From: Dubosiella newyorkensis | Lineage (GTDB): Bacteria; Bacillota_I; Bacilli_A; Erysipelotrichales; Erysipelotrichaceae | Assembly (NCBI RefSeq): GCF_001945605.1 | Contig: NZ_MPKA01000101.1 | Location: forward strand, 1-13,414 | Length of the DNA stretch: 13,414 nt | Direction of reading: 5' to 3' | Part shown: piece by piece, positions 6,814 to 13,414 of the stretch | Position numbering within the stretch: position 1 is the stretch's first letter | How the letters are laid out: each line of letters begins with the position of its first letter | Notes under the pieces: model-generated | The model's input: only the letters and a program-made list of their open reading frames with translations | Told to the model about the DNA's origin: nothing | Databases searched by the model: none | Program-made: the position numbers and the translations under genes

Positions 6814-7920
6814 ATGAATTGGACCATTGTAGATTATGCGCAAAATGTATTGCAAACCTTTGATCAACTTCCTTTTAATCAAGTCGATTCTTTGATTTTA
6901 TCGTGCATGGCTTATGTAAGAATGCCCTCAAGCTCTCTGCCGGCCTTAGAAGGCTGGGATGGCGTTCCTTTTAAAGAGGTATTGCGCGCGGAAGACTTCT
7001 CCTCGATGTTTCATACCGTCTATTCGGCGCCCCACTCGAAAGATCTTTTATGCGTGATGTGTGCGAGTCCACGATATCGCGATATTTTGATCAAAGGCTA
7101 TACCCATCAAAACGACATGAAAAGCTCGATGCAGTTTTCCGCCATCACCTTTCAACTCAATAAAAACATGGCTTATGTCGCCTATCGAGGAACCGACGCG
7201 ACCGTGATCGGCTGGAAAGAAGACTTCAATATGGCCTTTCAATATCCGATCGCAAGCCAAGAAGAATCCGCCCGCTACTTGCAAGAAGCCGCTTCGTACG
7301 TTTCAGGACAGCTCTATGTAGGCGGCCATTCCAAAGGCGGAAATTTAGCCGTTTACGCCAGCATGCATGTTCCATCCTCGATCCAAGAACGCATCGTTCA
7401 GATCGACTCTTTAGATGGTCCTGGATTTCCACAAGCGGTCCTTGAATCTTCAAGCTTTAAACATATCCAAGCCAAAGTTCATAAGACGCTCCCTCAATCT
7501 TCCTTGATCGGCATGCTTCTTGAACAACAGGAAGACTTTAAAATCGTAAAAAGCTTTCGCTTTAGCGTTTGGCAGCACGATCCTTATTCGTGGGAAGTGG
7601 AAGGATATGATTTTGCGACGATCTCTCACTTGACCCCAGGAGCCAAATATATGAATCGAACGATCAACGCGTGGCTCAACGAAATCACACCCGAAGAAAG
7701 AGAACGATTTATCTTAGCGCTCAGCAAGATCCTAGCCAGCGACAAAGCGATCACTTCCAGAGAATTTAGAAACCAGATCCCTAAAAATCTGCCCGCTTTC
7801 TTTCAAGCCGCTTCCGACCTAGACGAGGACACGAAGCACTTCTTAAAGAATACATTGAAAGAAATGGCCACATTGAGCATCAAAAATTTACATAATCATC
7901 CAAAAAAAGAAGGCGCTTGA
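6814..7920 (+). CDS. DUF2974 / Mbeg1-like alpha/beta hydrolase (lipase class 3-like), 368 aa
   Basis: The N-terminus MNWTIVDY...FNQVDSLILSCMAY, then AYVAYRGTDATVIGWKEDF and the nucleophile elbow GGHSKGGNLA, are as I recall for the DUF2974 family. No SD is present, and TATTTT (6802-6807) lies 6 nt before the ATG. Confidence 0.8.
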   Translation: MNWTIVDYAQNVLQTFDQLPFNQVDSLILSCMAYVRMPSSSLPALEGWDGVPFKEVLRAEDFSSMFHTVYSAPHSKDLLCVMCASPRYRDILIKGYTHQNDMKSSMQFSAITFQLNKNMAYVAYRGTDATVIGWKEDFNMAFQYPIASQEESARYLQEAASYVSGQLYVGGHSKGGNLAVYASMHVPSSIQERIVQIDSLDGPGFPQAVLESSSFKHIQAKVHKTLPQSSLIGMLLEQQEDFKIVKSFRFSVWQHDPYSWEVEGYDFATISHLTPGAKYMNRTINAWLNEITPEERERFILALSKILASDKAITSREFRNQIPKNLPAFFQAASDLDEDTKHFLKNTLKEMATLSIKNLHNHPKKEGA

Positions 7921-7921
7921 T
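7752..7921 (+). repeat. Left copy of the 170-bp direct repeat (3' end of the hydrolase gene)
   Basis: Identical to 12697-12866 except G7848 vs A12793. Similarity stops abruptly at 7921/7922, in the middle of what is a terminator hairpin in the right copy. Confidence 0.95.
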
Positions 7922-8019
7922 CTAATTTGGAAGATAAGATCAAAAAGGTCTGATTCCAATCAAACTAGACCACCGTTATGACAAACCTTATTGCAGTGAG
8001 TTTTATGCAACAAGAGTCG

Positions 8020-8058
8020 AAAAAAAAGAAAGCTCCAGACCACATATAGCCTGAAGCT
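8020..8058 (-). terminator. Rho-independent terminator of the licT-bglP-bglH operon
   Basis: On the minus-strand RNA, AGCTTCAGG...TCTGGAGCT is followed by TTCTTTTTTTT. The plus-strand C.A mismatches become G.U wobbles on the minus strand, so the element is functional in the minus orientation. Confidence 0.75.
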
Positions 8059-8104
8059 TAACTAAACAAGGATATCATGCATTAAGTTAGATGATAATCT
8101 AACT
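8020..8104 (-). repeat. Left copy of an ~85-bp repeated intergenic element (R2) containing the bgl operon terminator
   Basis: An ungapped hand alignment to 12608-12692 gives 66/85 identical positions. The mismatches cluster in the hairpin loop. Confidence 0.8.
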
Positions 8105-8109
8105 TAATG
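8080..8109. repeat. Perfect 13-bp inverted repeat (hairpin) between the bglH stop and its terminator
   Basis: CATTAAGTTAGAT (8080-8092), GATA, ATCTAACTTAATG (8097-8109). The corresponding part of the right-hand R2 copy cannot form it. Confidence 0.85.
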
Positions 8110-8170
8110 ACATTGGTTTATGCATTGCCTTGTAAAATTGCCGGATTATTTTCACTTATCCTTATTTCAA

Positions 8171-11457
<3,287 letters not shown>

Positions 11458-11465
11458 AAATTTTT

Positions 11466-11512
11466 CCTCCTAATAGTACATAGAAGGTTTGGCCAACTTA
11501 ATGTTACCATCC
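11466..11512 (-). promoter_or_regulatory. RAT-like element abutting a hairpin that sequesters the bglP SD
   Basis: The minus-strand GGATGGTAACATTAAGTTGGCCAAACC (11512-11486) partially matches the RAT consensus GGATTGTTACTG-N-CAGGCAAAACC. Immediately 3' is CCTTCTA-N8-TAGGAGG (11487-11466), a 7-bp stem containing the SD. No U-tract terminator is present. Confidence 0.35.
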
Positions 11513-11530
11513 AATATAATGACTGATTTC

Positions 11531-12430
11531 TCAGTTATTACCGTTGTTATGTGCTAGACGATGCACATGGATCGTTAAATATAGCTTCTCTTCCTGCAAA
11601 ATCTGATAATTGTATTTTTGATAAATCATTTTAGAAATAGCTTCCACACAATTATAAGAATTTTGATACTTATTTTTTATAATTTCCAACAGTTCATTAT
11701 TATCGTTCCGATATGCTTTCTCATATACAAGTCTATGTGCAAAAAATTTAATATGTGTAATAAAACGATAAAAGTGAACTGAATCATTCGAAATATCTTT
11801 TTGCAAATGATAACGAACTATTTTAAGAACTTCTCTGATAATTCGGGTAACTTTCGTAGTTTCCTCTAGAGAAGAATTCTCGGTTTCTGAATTTATGATA
11901 TGAAGGGCAATAAAACTTGCTTCATCATTTTTTAATTCAACTCCAGTCTTTTTCCGAATTATTTCAAGAGCCTTAAGGGCAAGAGCATATTCATTTTCAT
12001 AATAATGGGCTATTTCCCAGTTCATGGTATTGGGAAGATAGATCCCTTCTTCCGCTCTTTTGATTGCTGCATGAATATGATCGGAAAGAGAAACATAAAT
12101 GATATCGTTTATTTTTTTCCCTAACTCCAGCTTGATCATCTCAATGATCTCGTTTGTCACTTCTATATATTCTAAAGGTATATTTTGAATTATTTCCTGA
12201 AATCGAATATTATCCCTGGCCTCTTTGAGAACAAATATTTGAGTCACTCTGCTCATATCCAAAGGATCCCCGACTTTTTTAGAAAAAGCAATTCCTTTTC
12301 CACAGACTACTTGTTCTTTTCCATTCTTTTTTATAACAGCTACATTATTATTAAATATTTTCTTTATCCTGAATACTTCATTTTGCGGCTGTAATGCTGA
12401 ATTTTTTAAATCTATGTTTAAATTGTTCAT
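11531..12430 (-). CDS. licT: BglG/LicT family PRD-containing transcription antiterminator (299 aa)
   Basis: The CAT domain is FRIKKIFNNNVAVIKKNGKEQVVCGKGIAF, followed by two PRD-like halves with conserved His contexts (LSDHIHAAIKR, FIALHI, FITHIKFFAHR, LTIHVHR). GGGAG lies 7 nt upstream of ATG 12430. About 20 extra N-terminal residues are present relative to typical family members. Confidence 0.88.
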   Translation of the reverse strand: MNNLNIDLKNSALQPQNEVFRIKKIFNNNVAVIKKNGKEQVVCGKGIAFSKKVGDPLDMSRVTQIFVLKEARDNIRFQEIIQNIPLEYIEVTNEIIEMIKLELGKKINDIIYVSLSDHIHAAIKRAEEGIYLPNTMNWEIAHYYENEYALALKALEIIRKKTGVELKNDEASFIALHIINSETENSSLEETTKVTRIIREVLKIVRYHLQKDISNDSVHFYRFITHIKFFAHRLVYEKAYRNDNNELLEIIKNKYQNSYNCVEAISKMIYQKYNYQILQEEKLYLTIHVHRLAHNNGNN

Positions 12431-12467
12431 CGTTAATCTCCCTTCCAGCCATATGCCCCTGTCAAAA

Positions 12468-12481
12468 TGTAACCGCTACCA
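12468..12481 (-). promoter_or_regulatory. Candidate catabolite-responsive element (cre) in the licT leader
   Basis: The minus-strand TGGTAGCGGTTACA matches TGWAANCGNTNWCA at 12 of 14 positions. It lies just downstream of the predicted licT start site. Confidence 0.4.
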
Positions 12482-12495
12482 CACAGCATGCGGAT

Positions 12496-12524
12496 ATTTT
12501 AGCATTTGTAAAATATTTTGATAA
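12496..12524 (-). promoter_or_regulatory. Promoter of the licT-bglP-bglH operon
   Basis: On the minus strand: TTATCA (12524-12519), a 17-nt spacer, then TGcTAAAAT (hexamer 12501-12496). Confidence 0.55.
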
Positions 12525-12607
12525 TTACCTTTATTGCTCTAAACATTGCGAATATTGTTATATAATCATCATTCTTTTCCTCTTCTTTTCCGATATCGTC
12601 ATCCGCC

Positions 12608-12692
12608 GAAAAAAAGACAGCTCCAGGACTCATTCGACCTAGAGCTTAACTAAGCAAGGATATCAGGCATTAAACTAGGTAACAATCTCACT
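12608..12692 (-). repeat. Right copy of the R2 element, directly abutting the right 170-bp repeat
   Basis: 66/85 identity to 8020-8104 in the same orientation. Homology ends at 12692, and the gene-fragment repeat begins at 12693-12697. Confidence 0.8.
12609..12646 (-). terminator. R2-borne minus-strand terminator that insulates the licT promoter from upstream transcription
   Basis: On the minus-strand RNA, AGCTCTAGG-N10-CCTGGAGCT (9 bp including one G.U) is followed by GTCTTTTTTTC. Confidence 0.6.
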
Positions 12693-12696
12693 CGAA

Positions 12697-12865
12697 CACT
12701 TCCAGAGAATTTAGAAACCAGATCCCTAAAAATCTGCCCGCTTTCTTTCAAGCCGCTTCCGACCTAGACGAGGACACGAAGCACTTCTTAAAAAATACAT
12801 TGAAAGAAATGGCCACATTGAGCATCAAAAATTTACATAATCATCCAAAAAAAGAAGGCGCTTGA
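12697..12865 (+). pseudogene. Orphan 3' fragment (last 56 codons) of the DUF2974 hydrolase gene
   Basis: It duplicates 7752-7920. An in-frame TAA lies just upstream, and there is no start or SD. The only in-frame ATG would give 18 aa. Confidence 0.9.
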
Positions 12866-12866
12866 T
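12697..12866 (+). repeat. Right copy of the 170-bp direct repeat
   Basis: 169/170 identity to 7752-7921. It continues into the intact terminator hairpin that the left copy lacks. Confidence 0.95.
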
Positions 12867-12880
12867 TTCGCCTTCTTTTT
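12847..12880. terminator. Bidirectional terminator: ancestral terminator of the hydrolase gene, and terminator of the convergent 96-aa gene
   Basis: A7, GAAGGCG (12854-12860), loop CTTGATTT (which contains the duplicated TGA), CGCCTTC (12869-12875), then T5. The minus-strand gene's stop codon starts at 12881. Confidence 0.8.
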
Positions 12881-13171
12881 CTAATGCAGCTGTATTGAAT
12901 GTTGTTCATTCACCCAATCGTTGAACGATGTTCCTCTTTCTTTCTCCCATAAATCGATCAGATCCAAAATCGTCGTCTGGATCTTGTTGCTCATTCCTAT
13001 TTCCTCGTCATCCCTTTGATGACCCGATAAATAAGAAGTTGTTTCTCCAAGGATCACAAGATCGCTGAGCGCTTCGCTCATGCTTTCCTTGTTTCTTGAA
13101 TCAAGAGTACTTGCGAGATGATCTACCAAAAGATGCATCTCCTCAATCAATCTCTCTTCCCATAATTCCAT
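12881..13171 (-). CDS. Hypothetical small acidic helical protein (96 aa)
   Basis: Start chosen at MELWEERLIEE (ATG at complement 13169-13171), 7 nt after AGGAG. No recognisable family motif. Confidence 0.6.
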   Translation of the reverse strand: MELWEERLIEEMHLLVDHLASTLDSRNKESMSEALSDLVILGETTSYLSGHQRDDEEIGMSNKIQTTILDLIDLWEKERGTSFNDWVNEQHSIQLH

Positions 13172-13220
13172 TGTATAACTCCTATAATATATTTTTACAA
13201 TATCATACAATTCGGAAAAA

Positions 13221-13234
13221 TGTAAACGTTTTCC
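13221..13234. promoter_or_regulatory. Candidate cre site upstream of the 96-aa gene
   Basis: TGTAAACGTTTTCC matches TGWAANCGNTNWCA at 13 of 14 positions and has a perfect AAACGTTT palindromic core. It lies about 50 nt upstream of the start codon. Confidence 0.4.
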
Positions 13235-13328
13235 AATATTATTTATAAAGCGACCAAGAAAGACATCGAACTTTCCGGTTGCGCCTATAAAACCTGACTT
13301 TACAAGTTAAAAGGAAATTATAGTACTC

Positions 13329-13364
13329 AAAAAACGATCTTAGAGATTTTTCTCCAAGATCGTT
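13329..13364 (-). terminator. Terminator (usable in both directions) after the partial minus-strand gene
   Basis: A 13-bp stem AACGATCTTAGAG (13333-13345) / CTCCAAGATCGTT (13352-13364) with one mismatch. It is flanked by an A6 run (13329-13334) and TTAATTT. Confidence 0.7.
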
Positions 13365-13414
13365 TTAATTTGCTTCTTCTTCAGAACGAAATTGTTGATC
13401 GGAAGCATATATTT
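13365..13414 (-). CDS. 3' end (16 codons) of an unidentified gene entering from beyond the window end
   Basis: The open frame reads ...IYASDQQFRSEEEAN and ends at TAA (complement 13365-13367), immediately followed by a terminator. Too short to identify. Confidence 0.3.
   Translation of the reverse strand, partial: IYASDQQFRSEEEAN

Noticed and set aside
7978-8049. A 23-codon ORF (MTNLIAVSFMQQESKKKKAPDHI) in the spacer between the hydrolase gene and R2, considered as a possible small toxin or peptide.
   Set aside because: It has no SD, it overlaps the minus-strand terminator, and it is not conserved in the right R2 copy.
12394-12642. An 82-aa plus-strand ORF spanning the licT promoter and R2, and the idea that R2 encodes a conserved protein C-terminus.
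   Set aside because: The two R2 copies end in different frames with different stops (...KKKKAPDHI vs ...RRKKDSSRTHST). Conservation follows an RNA hairpin on the opposite strand rather than codons.
13172-13330. A promoter for the 96-aa gene. Candidates were the minus-strand TATAAT at complement 13317-13322, TGtAAAAAT near 13185-13193, and TTGTAT-N17-TTATAG.
   Set aside because: Several mutually exclusive weak candidates exist, none has a convincing -35/-10 pair, and I cannot choose without start-site data.

Overview
This is a low-GC Gram-positive (Bacillota-like) chromosomal window. The gene calls rest on motifs read directly from the supplied translations and on hand folding and alignment of the DNA; no database search was possible.

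Left to right:
- The 5' end of an unidentified minus-strand gene, behind a roughly 290-nt structured upstream region.
- A seven-gene minus-strand tRNA operon (Arg-Pro-Met-Ile2/CAU-Ser-fMet-Phe) with a clear promoter and terminator.
- A GNAT acetyltransferase, divergent from ispD.
- ispD, followed by a catalytically degenerate ispD paralogue.
- A 766-aa P-type cation ATPase.
- An AT-rich stretch of small or decayed ORFs (5290-6813).
- A DUF2974/Mbeg1-like alpha/beta hydrolase.
- A self-contained minus-strand beta-glucoside module: licT antiterminator, PTS EIIBCA, GH1 6-phospho-beta-glucosidase.
- A small acidic protein gene and the tail of another minus-strand gene.

The most interesting structure is not in the ORF track. 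The last 170 bp of the hydrolase gene (7752-7921) recur at 12697-12866 with 169/170 identity. These copies bracket exactly the bgl module, which separates the hydrolase gene from its own terminator hairpin. Just inside that repeat sits a second, older pair of about 85-bp homologous terminator elements (8020-8104 and 12608-12692). The bgl operon therefore looks like a recently integrated, potentially excisable cassette with no recombinase of its own.

Secondary observations:
- Three genes have a -10 box exactly 6 nt upstream of an SD-less ATG, the geometry of leaderless mRNAs.
- An ispD pseudoenzyme lies directly downstream of ispD.
- An SD-sequestering hairpin abuts a weak RAT-like element in front of bglP.
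- GATC is strongly over-represented and drops inside the cassette.

I did not recognise a multi-gene defence-type or otherwise clearly novel protein system. The unknown small ORFs at 5.3-6.7 kb are weakly supported.
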